Assembly: GCA_051313645.2 (NCBI GenBank)
Contig: JBNRSN020000023.1
Coordinates: 44,578,001-44,642,000 of the forward strand
Reading direction: 5' to 3'
Length of the DNA: 64,000 bases
Source: Centroscyllium fabricii
Lineage: Eukaryota
This document shows positions 36,839-48,735 of this stretch, one piece after another. The position numbers and the translations under genes are program-made. The stretch's first letter is position 1. Each line of letters starts with the position of its first letter. The notes under the pieces were generated by a model that saw nothing but the letters and a program-made list of their open reading frames with translations, made no database searches and had not been told where the DNA came from.

Positions 36839-39800
36839 GTCTGCTATTTCCTTCTTCCCCATTATATATTCCCCTGATTCGGACTGCAAGGGACCGACGC
36901 TTGATTTCACCAATCTTTTCCTCTTAATATATCTATAAAAGCTTTTGCAGTCAGTTTTTATGTTCGCTGCAAGCTTACTTTCATAATCTATTTCCCCCCT
37001 CTTAATTAATCCCTTTGTCCTCCTTTGCTGTATCCTAAACTGCTCCCAATCCTCAAGTCTGTTGCTTTTTTTGGCCAATTTATATGCCCTCTCTTTGGAT
37101 TTTATGTTATCTCTAATTTCCCTTGTTATCCACGGTTGAGTCACCTTTTTCAGTTTATTTTTATGCCAAACTGGTATAAACAAGTTTTGTAATTCTTCCA
37201 TTCGATCTTTGAATGTTTGCCATTGTCCATCCACCGTCAACCTCCCAAGCGACGCCATCGAATCAATCCTACCCAACCCGTGTCTCATACCATCATAGTT
37301 CCCTTTACTTAAATTCAGGACCTTAGTCGCTGAGTCAATTTCTTCACTCTCGATCTTAAGTGAGAATTCAATCATATTATGATCGCTCCTACCCAAGGGG
37401 CCTCGTACAACAAGATTGCTAATTAATCCTTTCTCATTGCATAATACCCAGTCTAAGATGGCCTGATCCAGAGTTGGTTCCTCGACATATTGGTCCAGGA
37501 AACCGTCTCATATACACTCCATGAATTCCTCCTCCACAGTATTGTTACTGATTTGATTAGTCCAATCTATATGTAGATTGAAGTCATCCATGATGACTGC
37601 TGTGCCCATATTGCACGCTTCCCTGATTTCCCTTTTTATGCCATCCCCAACCTCAGCATTACTGTTCGGGGGTCTATAAACCACTCCCACTAATGTTTTC
37701 TGCCCTTTGGTATTTCTCAGTTCGACCGATACAGATTCCACATCGTCAGAACCAATGTCTTTCCTTACAATTGTGTTAATCCCCTCTTTAACCAGCAATG
37801 CTACCCCACCTCCCTTTCCTTTTTGCCTATCTTTCCTTAATATGGAATACCCCTGGATGTTGAGTTCCCAGTCTTGGTCCCCCTAGAGCCATGTTTCCGT
37901 AATTCCAATCATATCATATCCGTTAACCTCTATTTGCGTTGCTAATTCATCCACCTTATTACGAATGCTCCTTGCATTAAGACACAGAGCCTTCAGGCTT
38001 GTTTTTTTTAATGCTCTTAGACCTTGTAGAATTATTATTTACTATGGCCATGTTTGATTTCCACCCTTGATTTCTCTGACTGCCACCTTTGTTTCCTATC
38101 TTCCTGTCTTTTGCTTCTTTCCTTGTTTCCCTTTCCTTAATCTCCCTGCTCAGGTTCCCATCCCCCTGCCATTTTAGTTTAAATCCCCCCCCAATAGTGT
38201 TACCAAACCTCCTGGCAAGGATATTGGTCCCCTTCTGGTTCAGGTGTATACCGTCCGGCTTGTACAAGTCCCACCTTCCCCAGAAGCGAGCCCAGTGATC
38301 CCGGAAACTGAAGCCCTCCCTCCTGCACCAACTCTTTAGCCACGCATGAATCTGCTCTATTCTCATGTTCCTATGCTCGCTAGCCCGTGGCACAGGGAGT
38401 AATCAAGAGATCACAACCTTTGAGGTGCTGCTCTTTAATCTGGTACCTAGCTCCCTCAATTCTTGCTGGAGGACCTCATCCCTCTTTTTACCTATGTCGT
38501 TGGTACCAATGTGAACCACGACCTCTGACTGATTTCCCTCCCCCTTCAGGATGCCCTGCAGCCGTTCAGTGACATCCTTGACCCTGGCACCAGGGAAGCA
38601 ACAAACCATCCTGGAGTCACGTCTATGGCCACAGAAACATCTATCTGTTCCTCTTATGATAGAATCCCCTACCACTATTGCCCTTCCACTCTTTTTCCTC
38701 CCCTCCTGTGCAGCAGAAGCACCCCTGGTGCCAGGAAGTTGGCTGCTGCTGCCTTCCTCTGGTAAGTCATCCCCCTCAATAGTATCCAAAATGGTATACC
38801 TGTTTGAGAGGGGGTGGCCACAGGGGTCCCCTGCACTACCTGCCTACTTCCACTACTCCACCTGATGGTCACCTAATTCCCTTCTGACTGTGCATCCCTC
38901 GCCTGTGGTGTGACCAGCTTTCTAAACATGCTATCCACGAGCCTCTCATCATCGTCAATGCTCCAAAAGTCATCCATCCGCAGCTCCAGCGCCGTAATGC
39001 GGTCAGCTAGTATCTGCAGCTGAATACATTTCCGGCACACATGGTTGACGGGGACACTGGCAGCGTCCCCGACTTCCCACATAGTGTAGGTGGAGCATAA
39101 CACGGGGATGAGCTCAACGGACATGACTTACCCTTAAAATTAAATGACTCCCACCAATTTTACTTCAATTTAATGTTTTACTCAAGGGCCCTTGCCTAAC
39201 AGTAATCCCCACAACACAAGTGAGACCTTAGAAACCACAAAAATTTACGTTTAGAAAAATTTAGAGAGAAAATACTCACCAGCCAATCACTTACCTGCTT
39301 TCTGGTGACGTCACCCTTCGATTATTTTTTACCTCTCTACCCGCAGCTGAATGGGTACGCTTCGCTACTCGGCTCCTTTTGTAGCCGCCTCCTCGCTGCT
39401 GCTGTCACCTCTCGGGACACCCCTAGGTCTGCTCTGCTCCCCGTCGTCGCTGTGTCTGGGCCTTGCTCCTCGGCTCCTTTTGTAGCCGCCTCCTCGCTGC
39501 TGCCACCGCCTCTCGGGACACCCCTAGGTCCGCTCTGCTCCGCGCTGCCGATGCTTGATTTAGTACAGCACTGCCAGTTGAGGGTAATGCAATGCAATGA
39601 CTACCAGCAGCATGGGAGACACACAGCACCCCTGTAAAATGGTGGATCAGAAGAGACGACCGGCAGCACGGGAGAGCCAGACTCCTGTTACAGGGGTATT
39701 AAGGTGTTCCGACTCCCGATAGCACCAAGAAGCCGAGTAGTGGCAGTTTGGAGAACTACCCCCACTGACTAACTCGGCCACCACAGGATGCCGGATATCA

Positions 39801-41206
39801 GCTTGGCCTTTTTCAACTTCGGCAACATTGCCGGCTATTGAGGTGTTGTTTTCAGAGTGAGAATTTTGCCGGTTAATAGATAATTCCAGATATTTAGGTG
39901 CCATTTAAACGAGAATTTCCTGTACCTCAACTTCATTTGCACGCCATAGCTTCGTATTACTTGATACTCTTACCTAACAAAAATCTACTGATCTCAGTCT
40001 TGAAAGCACCTAATTGTCCCAGCATCCAGAGACTTTTGGAGGAGTGAACTCCAGATCTCTACTGCTTCCCAAAGGCTTCGGTGGGCAGTGCTTGTGTGTG
40101 GACATTGGGCAAAGGCCGGATTAGGCTCCACTGTGATACTACAATGGTTAAATAGCCCACTGATGCTCACTATCAAGGCTCACCTGTGAACAATGGCCGA
40201 TTGGCTGAGGTACTGGAGGGTGGTTAGTCACTGTGGAACCGTATCTGTAGCGAGGTCAAGAACTTTGAGAGAAAAAAGAGAGGCTGAAAAACTGCTGCGA
40301 AAAAATGATTAACATAACTTGAAACAATAATCTGCCCACCCTCAATCTCTGCAGGTGCAAGGAAGATATTTTAGAGGTGCCCAGTATTATTTCCCAACCT
40401 TCAGAACGCTGGTGATGGGCAGGACCAGGCTTACACGATCTTACACAGCACTTACAAGGAACAAACTGACCCAATACATTCTCCAAGCTAATGCAGGTGG
40501 GGTGGGTGGTAGTGGTATGTTATTGTTTGTAAATTGAGGAGGACTTTTCAGTTGCTGCTGTCGAATCATAGAATAATTGAATGATACAGCACAGAAGGAG
40601 GCCATTCGGCCCATCGTGCCTGTGCTGGCTCTTTGGTAGAGCTATCCAATTAATCCCACTCTCCTGATCATTCCCCATAACCCTGTCATTTTTACCCTTC
40701 AAGTATTTCTCCAATTCCCTTTTGACTGTTACTATTGAATCTGCTTCCTCCATCCTTTCATGATGTGGAGGTGCCGGTGTTGGACTGGGGTGGACTTCCT
40801 AAGGAAGTTGAAAAAGGCCAAGCTGATATCCGGCATCTTCACCAACTTCTACCGCTGCATAATTGAAAGTATACTGACAAGCTGCATCACAGTCTGGCAA
40901 GAAGTCACACAACACCAGGTTACAGTCCAAAAGTTTTATTTGAAATCACAAGCTTTCGGAGCGCTGCTCCTTCCTCAGGTGTAAGGAAAATCCTTTTTTT
41001 TAAATCATTCTGTGTGTTTTCACACAGACACAAGACTGCAACATTTGACCCTTTGTGACTATACCTCATTGATCTCAGACTGGTGCCTGATTAATATGTT
41101 AAAATACCTTTGTCTGCTCTGTGTGTCTCTCTGCTGAAGTGTGATGTTGGATAGATTAGATTGTTCTCTCCCTTGTATATGTGCTGTCTTTAAATGATCT
41201 TCTCTT

Positions 41207-41243
41207 TCACCTGAGGAAGGAGCAGCGCTCCGAAAGCTTGTGA
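41207..41243 (+). ncRNA. Minimal type I hammerhead ribozyme motif in a Penelope pLTR
   Basis: tcac-CTGAGGA-a-ggagc-agc-gctcc-GAAA-gctt-gtga: stem I tcac/gtga, stem II ggagc/gctcc, palindromic AAGCTT in place of stem III. Sister motifs at 40946-40981(-), 41324-41361(-) and 42850-42887(+). Confidence 0.72.
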
Positions 41244-41883
41244 TTTCAAATAAAACTGTTGGACTATAACCAATGCAAGAAGTCACACAACACCAGATTT
41301 ATAGTCCAACGGTTTTATTTTAAATCACAAGCTTTCGGAGCGCTGCTCCTTCGTCAAGGTGAACAGAGAGAGACTGAACTTAAAGATCACATATCGGGGG
41401 AGGGGAGAAATCCGATCTCCTACACATCTCATTCTGTGGATATCGGAGGAGGGGAGAAATCCGATCTCATACATATCTCACCCTAGAGACAGAGAAACCC
41501 GATCTCTGCCACATCTTACCCTAGAGACAGAGAGCACACAAAGGCATATTAGCATATTTTAACACCTCAGTCTGCGAGCAATGAGGCACAGTCGCAAGGG
41601 GGGTCAAATGCTGCAAAACACACAGAATGATTTTTTTTTTAAAGGGGGGAATTTCCTTACAAGACAAAAATGTCCCTAGTCCGGATGACTCTACGTCAGG
41701 CGGGACATCAAAGCAGTCCAAGATTCTCCAACACATCAAAAGGGTGCAGTCACAGGGCCAAACGCTAGTCTGCTGTAAATCCCACAGAATGACTTTTTTT
41801 ATAAAAACCATGATTTTTCTTACTCAAAATCGCAGAGCAAGCTGAAGATGGTTCGAGTCTGGACGACTCCACGCCAGGCGGGG

Positions 41884-42380
41884 TCACATGTAGCGTGACA
41901 TAAACCCAATATCACGGTTGAGGCCGTGCTCATGGGTGCGGAACTTGGCAATCAGCCTCTGCTCGACGATTTTGCGTTGTCGTGTATCTCGAAGGCCACC
42001 CTGGAGAATGCTCACCCGAAGATCGGAAGCTGAATGTCCTTGACCGCTGAAATGTTCCCCGACTGGGAGGGAACACTCCTGCCTGGCGATTGTTGCGCGG
42101 TGCCCGTTCATCCGTTGTCGTAGTGTCTGCATGGTCTCGCCGATGTACCATGCGCCGGGGCATCCTTTCCTGCAACGTATGAGGTAGACAACATTGGTCG
42201 AGTTACCATGTACCTGGTGTGTTGTGTCCTCACGTGTGATGATGGTATCTGTGCTGATGATTTGGCACGTTTTGCAGAGGTTGCTGTGGCAGGGTTGTGT
42301 GGTGTCGTGGTTGCTGTTCTCCTGAAGGCTGGGTAATTTGCTGCGAACTATAGTCTGTTTGAGGTTAGGCGGCTGTTTGC
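41884..42380 (-). pseudogene. Penelope GIY-YIG endonuclease C-terminus, 5'-truncated
   Basis: KQPPNLKQ...PCHSNLCKTC...NVVYLIRC...YIGETMQTLRQRMNGH...EHF...EQRLI...GLN; the annotated N-terminus is inverted pLTR sequence. Confidence 0.9.
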
Positions 42381-43561
42381 GGCTTGCTCTGCGATTTTGA
42401 GTAAGAAAAATCATGGTTTTTATTCTGTGGGATTTACAGCAGACTAGCGTTTGGCCCTGTGACTGCACCCTTTTGATGTGTTGGAGAATCTTGGACTGCT
42501 TTGATGTCCCGCCTGACGTAGAGTCATCCGGACTAGGGACATTTTTGTCTTGTAAGGAAATTCCCACCTTTTTTTAAAAAATCATTCTGTGTGTTTTGCA
42601 GCATTTGACCCCCCTTGCGACTGTGCCTCATTGCTTGCAGACTGAGGTGTTAAAATATGCTAATATGCCTTTGTGTGCTCTCTGTCTCTAGGGTAAGATG
42701 TGGCAGAGATCGGGTTTCTCTGTCTCTAGGGTGAGATATGTATGAGATCGGATTTCTCCCCTCCTCCGATATCCACAGAATGAGATGTGTAAGAGATCGG
42801 ATTTCTCCCCTCCCCCGATATGTGATCTTTAAGTTCAGTCTCTCTCTGTTCACCTTGACGAAGGAGCAGCGCTCCGAAAGCTTGTGATTTAAAATAAAAC
42901 CGTTGGACTATAAATCTGGTGTTGTGTGACTTCTTGCATTTGTCCACCCCAGTCCAACACCGGCACCTCCACATTAGGACTATAACCAGGTGTTGTGTGA
43001 CTTTGTGCATTTGTCCATCCTTTCAGGCAGCGCATTCCAGATCACATCACCTCGCTGTGTAAAAAATTGTTTCCTCCTGTCACCTCTGGCTCTTTAACCA
43101 ATCACCTTAAATCTGTGCCCTCCGGTTACCGACCCTTCTGCCACTTGAAACAGTTTCTCCTTCTTTACTCGATCGAAACCCCGCATGATTTTCTATCAAA
43201 TCTCCTCCTAACCTTCTCTGCTCGAAGGAGAACAACCCCAGCTTCTCCAGTCTCTCCACATAACTGAAGTCCTTCATCCCTGGTACCATTCTGGTAAATT
43301 TCCTCCGCACCCTCTCCAAGGCCTCGACATCATTCCTAAAGTGCAGTGCCCAGAATTGAACACAACACTCCAGCTGAGGCCTAACCAGTGTTTTATAAGG
43401 TTTAGCAAAACGTCCTTGTTTTTGTACTCGACGCCTCTATTAATAAAGCCAAGGGTCCCATTTGCTTTTTAACAATCTTCTCAACTTCTCCTGCCACCTT
43501 CAAATATTTGTGTTCAGACACGCCCCGGTCTCTCTGTTCCTGCACCCTCTTTAAAATTATA

Positions 43562-44293
43562 GGGGGATAAATCCGGTTGCTTGCGCCTCCCGTTAGCGCC
43601 CTAAGAGGGCTGCAAATGGGGTGCAAGGCACCAAGCGCCTGGGCGGGCGCCTCCCGCGATATTCAGTGAGGCGGGGGCGGTAACCGGTAGCGGCACGCAG
43701 CCGGCGATGTCGTCATCACCGTATGCAGCGCCCCGCTCGCGCCCCGGCCGCGAACTTCAGTCGCGCCCACTGCCGTACAGCCGGACGCTGTCACCGACAG
43801 GGTCAGGGGGACGTACTTGCAGCAGGGAGAGCGATATTTAAACGGAGGGGTGCCGGGCGGACATTTTTCTTGCTGGCTGACTGCCAGCACCTGCCCCCTC
43901 TGCCGTCCACGGCATTCCCCAATGCCGCCCCCCCCTGCGGAGTGCTGGCTGTGCTCCGTGAGCCCAGCACTTCCCTCGAGTGCCGGGCTCCTTTGGCGGC
44001 ACTCCGACCCCCGGCAGCTGAAACGGGGATCCGGGCCGAGCCGCGCTAGGGCACTCCCCTTTAATCAGGGCAGGAAGGCCTGCAGTACCGCGGCGCGGCA
44101 CTCTGCAGAGCGTGGCGCAGCGACCCACAGCGCCCGTAATTGAGTGATAGCGCCTAAAGAACGAGGTGGGGCGCCTGCAGTAGCGCCTCACCTCCTACTT
44201 GGGGCGCTAAAACCCAATTTCAGGAGGAGCGGCACAAACGTTCTCTGGGCGCTAAAAGGAACGCAAATCCGAGGTTAACCAAATTTTTCCCCC
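43562..44293. mobile_element. GC-rich Harbinger-like MITE
   Basis: TIR gggggataaat / aatttttccccc, 3-bp TSD ata. Confidence 0.78.
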
Positions 44294-45316
44294 ATACTGT
44301 TTAATTTATATTGCCTCTCCTCATTCTTCCATGCATTAAATTTCATCTGCCATGTGTCTGCCCATTTCACCAGTCTGTCTGTGTCTTCCTGAAGTCAGTT
44401 ACTATCCTCCTCTTTGTTTAGTACATCTCCGAATTTCGTCTCATCTGCAAACGTTGCAATGATGCCCAGTGTCGCCAGGACCAGGTCACTAATATATATC
44501 AAAAAGAGCAGTGGTCCGAATACTGACCCTTGGGGGAACATCACTGCACACTTCCCTCCAGTCTGAAAAACAACCGTTCACCACTACTCTCTGCTTTCTG
44601 TCCCTTAGCCAATTTTCTATCCATGCTGCTTCTGTCCCTTCAATCCCATGGGCTTCAATTTTGCTCACAAGTCTATGATGTGGTACTTTGTCAAACGCCT
44701 TTTGAAAGTCCATATACACAACATCAACCGCACTATCCTCATCAACCCTCTCCGTTACTTCCTCAAAAAACTCAATCAAGATTCAAGATAATTTTATCGC
44801 CATATGTAACTGGTACAATGGAATGTTTACTCCCCACTCACTCCCACAATGTAAGTCTAAGTATAAAAAGCAAAAGTAAAAACAAGTATAAATATAAAAA
44901 ATAATAAACAAATAAGCAAACAAGTGCAGTTAGCAGTTCAGTAGGCGCACTGCCTGTGGGTAGAAACTGTTTTTGAACCTACTGGTCCTGGTTCGGATGC
45001 TGCAGTACCGACTGCAGTCAGTCAAACATGATTTGCCTTTAACAAATCCGTGCTGACTTTCATTTATTACCCATACTTTTCCAAATGCCAATTAATTTAG
45101 TCCTGACGTATTGCCTCGGTCGGCGGTGACTTTTCGAACTGGCTTGTTCAATTCAACAAAGTCCCATCAGAGCACAGCTTGACGACCATGAAAACCACAA
45201 GTGATTCAGACAAACGGTTCCTTTCGGGATAGATCCCGTTGGAGCCTCACCGCATGCGAGAGAAGTTAATTATGTTTTCAACAGCTTCTGACTCCTTTGG
45301 ATTTTTTTTCCCGCAG

Positions 45317-45412
45317 GTGCTTCTGATATTTAAAGCCAATGTGCGACAGGGGATTAAACACTATTACGATGACTTGGATTTCAAAAACATTCTGGACCGC
45401 ATACAAGCCAAG
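45317..45412 (+). CDS. TSPAN15: Internal exon of tetraspanin-15-like gene (start of large extracellular loop)
   Basis: Acceptor ttttttttcccgcag, donor aag|gtcagt, 96 nt, phase 0/0. Encodes [32 protein letters not shown] versus recalled human TSPAN15 [32 protein letters not shown]. Paralog identity not tested. Confidence 0.85.
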
Positions 45413-45669
45413 GTCAGTCTCTGATGTGAATTAATCAGCAGCTGTTGTCTGCTTCTGGCACCAGACAGTTTGTTTGAAATGCACTTCACTAACAATGCGA
45501 TCTGAACATTGCCCATCTCGGGTTTGAGGTCATTATTTACCCGACCAGTTCTACCAGTCTCTCCATTGTTGTTGTATTCTCTGCAATCATAGGCCCACCA
45601 AATACCTCTGTTTTTTCACACGCCGGCCAGATATGACAGGGAGATTAGTGCTGTTAAGGTGTTTAGACT

Positions 45670-47168
45670 GCAGATGCTGGAAATCCGAAATAACAACAGA
45701 AAATGCTGGAAAAACTCAGCAGGTCAGGCAACATCCGTGAAGAGAGAAATATAGAGTCAACGTCTCGGGTCGGGACCCTTTATCAAGACTGAAGAAGCAA
45801 GGAAATGAAACAGATTAGAGGCCAGTAGGGGGCTGGGAGAGAACAAAAGAGAAGAGACATTAAGAGGTATTCAAAACGAGACGAGATGGTGATAGGACTA
45901 GTGGAGACAGAAGACGGCTCAAGATTGGGTGTGAAATGTGCTGGCAGAATGCGAGACAGCTGCCATGTGGGAGAGAAAAAACAAGGGGGGACGAGGGCCA
46001 AAACAAAGGTGTGGATAAAAAATAAGTAAAAATATCATAACCTCGGCCCCCTTTATATTTTTTACTTATTTTTTATCCACACCTTTGTTTTGGCCCTCCC
46101 CCCGTTTTTTTTCTCTCCCACATGGCAGTTGTCTCTCATTCTGCCAGCACATTTCACACCTAATCTCGAGCCGTCTTCTGCCTCCACTAGTCCTATCACC
46201 ATCTCGTCTCGTTTTGAATACCTCTTAATGGAGGAAAAATTGGCTACCCCACATTTTGTGGCGCTAAGCTGGGCGCAGTGCTATTTTTAGTGCCAGCCGC
46301 TCGTTGGCACCGTTGGCTCTAAAATTGACCTGTGGCGCCCAGAGTAGGAGGGCGGGCGCTAAAACACAGGCCCGCCCTCGTTCTTAGTGCACTGCAGCCG
46401 AAGTTCCGGGCGCTGGGGGTCACTGCGACATGTAACGCAGAGTGGCGGCCCGCGGTACTGCAGGCCTTCCTCCCCGATTAAAGGGGAGGGGCCTAGCGCG
46501 GCTGCGGCCGGAGCCCCGCGGGGCCGCCGTGGGACGACATTCTGCAGACGGAGCCCGGCACTGGAGGGAAGTGCCGGGCTCAGTGGCCGGAGGCCTGACA
46601 CCGCGGGGGGGTGGGGGGGAACGGCAGCGGGGGAGGCCGGGGGAGGCAGAGGGCGAAGGTGCTGGCAGTCGGCCAGCAATAAAAATGGCCGACCGGTATC
46701 CTCCTCTGTAAGCAGCGCTCCCCCGCTGCTGTTATGGCCAGGAATAGCTGTCACGGGCAGCGCCCCCCGAAGACTCAGCGGGCGCTGCCCAATTTCAATC
46801 GCGGGCGCCAGAATGGCGTTGCGCACACTGATGACGTCATTCCCGTCGGCCAGCAGCGCAAGAAATTCAGTGGGGCGCTACCGGTTACCGCCCACCTCAA
46901 CGCCTCACTGAATTTCACGGTAGGCGCAAGCGCTGGCGCTGTTAGTGCCCTTTTTGGGGGCTTACGGGCAGGCGCAGGACAGCCGGTTTCTCGCCCTAAG
47001 TCTCTTCTCTTCTCTCTGTTCTCTCCCAGCCCCCTACTGGCCTCTAATCTGTTTCATTTCCGAGCTTCTTCAGTTTTGATAAAGGGTCCCGACCCGAGAC
47101 GTTGACTCTTTCTCTCTTCACGGATGTTGCCTGGCCTGCAGAGTTTTTCCAGCATTTTCTGTTGTTAA
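45670..47168. mobile_element. Inverted pair of Penelope-type terminal repeats forming a near-palindrome
   Basis: Left arm ~45680-46035, ~19-nt spacer, right arm ~46055-46228 plus 47000-47168; degenerate hammerhead tgataaagggtcccgacccgagacg. Confidence 0.75.
46229..46996. mobile_element. GC-rich Harbinger-like MITE, inverted relative to 43562-44293
   Basis: Shared ttcagtgaggcg...gcggtaaccggtagcg block in reverse; taa at the flanks. Confidence 0.72.
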
Positions 47169-47477
47169 TAAGGTATTTAGGTTGTTTTATTAATATAACA
47201 ATTGTAAGTGGAAGGAATGACTGGGAGAGGCAAAGAATGCTTCATCCAGCCAAGCCTCTCTGCTGTATTTTCATTATCAATTTTTTTCTGCATAAAGTTT
47301 CCTTCCTTCTCTGTAAGATCAAGTCATTTTGTGCCAGCGAAGAGGGAGGGCTGGAGGACTTGCCCACTGCCCTTCCCAAAACCCACAACCAGTAATGCTG
47401 GTCAGCTGCTCCATTGAGTAGATTGGGCCTATACTCTCTGGAGTTTAGGAGGAGAGGTGATCTCATTGAAACATATA

Positions 47478-48023
47478 GATGGAAAAATTGAGTTGCACCT
47501 CCTTTGGTTGAAATTAAAATGAATGTCCCCGTGGCCAAAATTGAATGGTAGCGCCTTAAGCTACTGGAAGCACCCTGCTTTCCTTTTGGGGTGCTGTGAG
47601 GGAATATCGCGGCGCTACGTGCCGTGGTACTGCCGGCCTTACTCCCCTTCTTAAAGGGCTGGGCCACCAGGGATCGGGAGAGCCGGCAAAATGAGCCCAG
47701 CACTCCACGGGGGGGCTTCATGGGGGCCGGGGACAGCAACGGAGGCAGGTGCTGGCAGGCGGACAGCAACAAAAATGGCCACCCGCCACCTCCCCTTTAA
47801 CTAGCGCCGCCCCAGCCACAGGTAGGCCTCCTGACCCCGGCAGACATAGCGTCCAGTGGTAAGTCGAGGGGGTGCCACCGAAGATTGCAGCCGGGCGCTG
47901 TGCACGACGATGATGTCATCGCCGGCGGCGCAGTGCCACAGGACGCTAACGGTTACTGCCACTAACCTCCTGCTGAATCTTAGGGCGCTAATGGAAGGCG
48001 CAAAGTAACCGAATTTTTCCTCC
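47478..48023. mobile_element. GC-rich Harbinger-like MITE inside a CR1 3' fragment (47411-48380 +)
   Basis: TIR gatggaaaaatt / aatttttcctcc, TSD ata. Confidence 0.72.
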
Positions 48024-48735
48024 ATAGGGTGGATTGACAGGGTAGATGCTGAGAGGCTGTTTCCCCTGGATGGAGGGTCAAGAACTAGGGGGCATAGTCT
48101 CAGGATAAGGGGTCGGCCATTTAGGACAGAGATGAGGAGAAATTTCTCATCAGAGAGGGTTGCGAATCTTTGGAATTCTCTACCCCAGAGGGCTGTGGAT
48201 GTTGAGTCATTGGTTATATTCAAGGTTGAGATAAATAGACTTTTGGACTCTCGGGGAATCAAAGGATATGGAGATCAGGTGGGAAAGTGGAATTGAGGTC
48301 CAAGATCAGCCATGATCTTATTGAATGGTGGAGCAGGCTCGAGGGCCCGTAAGGCTGACTCCTGCTCCTAATTATTATGTCCTTGACCTTCCCAAAACCA
48401 GCAGCCAATGGTGATGCGGAGCTGGTCGGCAAGAAGCTTCCTGAGGCGAATTCACTTCTTGATATTTTTTCATAACTCGATGTTATAAAATGACAGAGAT
48501 GTACACCTGTGGCAATCCAGTACAAGGCTCAAGTGCACAAAGGGTGGTTGTTGTTCAGTCACCTCTGAAACTGATATGAAATAGAAGTGGTTTACGGTGG
48601 GCAGCAGTTTAAGAACTGCCTGGACAGTCAGTTCCCACGAATGCAGCTTTGACTGCTAACTCAGCCATTCTACTGGAGTGTCTCAGAATGCTGATGTTGA
48701 GAAATCTCTAACTGTCAGTGTCACTAAGAGACTAA

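Larger units (their letters stand above)
32378..39545 (-). mobile_element. Near-full-length decayed CR1 (5'UTR repeats, ORF1 esterase, APE, RT) with three insertions
   Basis: ORF1 pieces 38873-39124, 38403-38789 (GDSI, VHIGTND) and 37977-38393 (DGIH). APE pieces 37508-37798 and 36764-37396 (SDH). RT pieces 36161-36463, 33273-33788 and 32468-33133. Insertions at 33240-33450 (SINE piece), 33915-36172 and 36593-36838. Confidence 0.9.
40761..43013 (-). mobile_element. Penelope-like element complex with inverted pLTRs
   Basis: GIY-YIG ORF remnant; 41272-41843 and ~42382-42942 are near-perfect inverted repeats; a further diverged inverted pLTR pair at 40762-41270; flanked by tccatcctttca (40749-40760, 43014-43025). 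Confidence 0.88.
40562..45100 (-). mobile_element. Old CR1 3' part hosting the Penelope complex, a MITE and a Rex1-like 3' end (44777-45017)
   Basis: ORFs 43107-43319 and 44489-44779 are CR1 RT; tail at 40562-40585; host rejoins across 40761-43013. Confidence 0.8.

Noticed and set aside
39647-39904. 85-aa minus-strand ORF
   Set aside because: Open only across the 34-bp LINE-derived patch; no homology recognised.
42380-42567. Novel N-terminal domain fused to GIY-YIG
   Set aside because: It is the inverted pLTR read in frame by chance (identical to 41640-41843).
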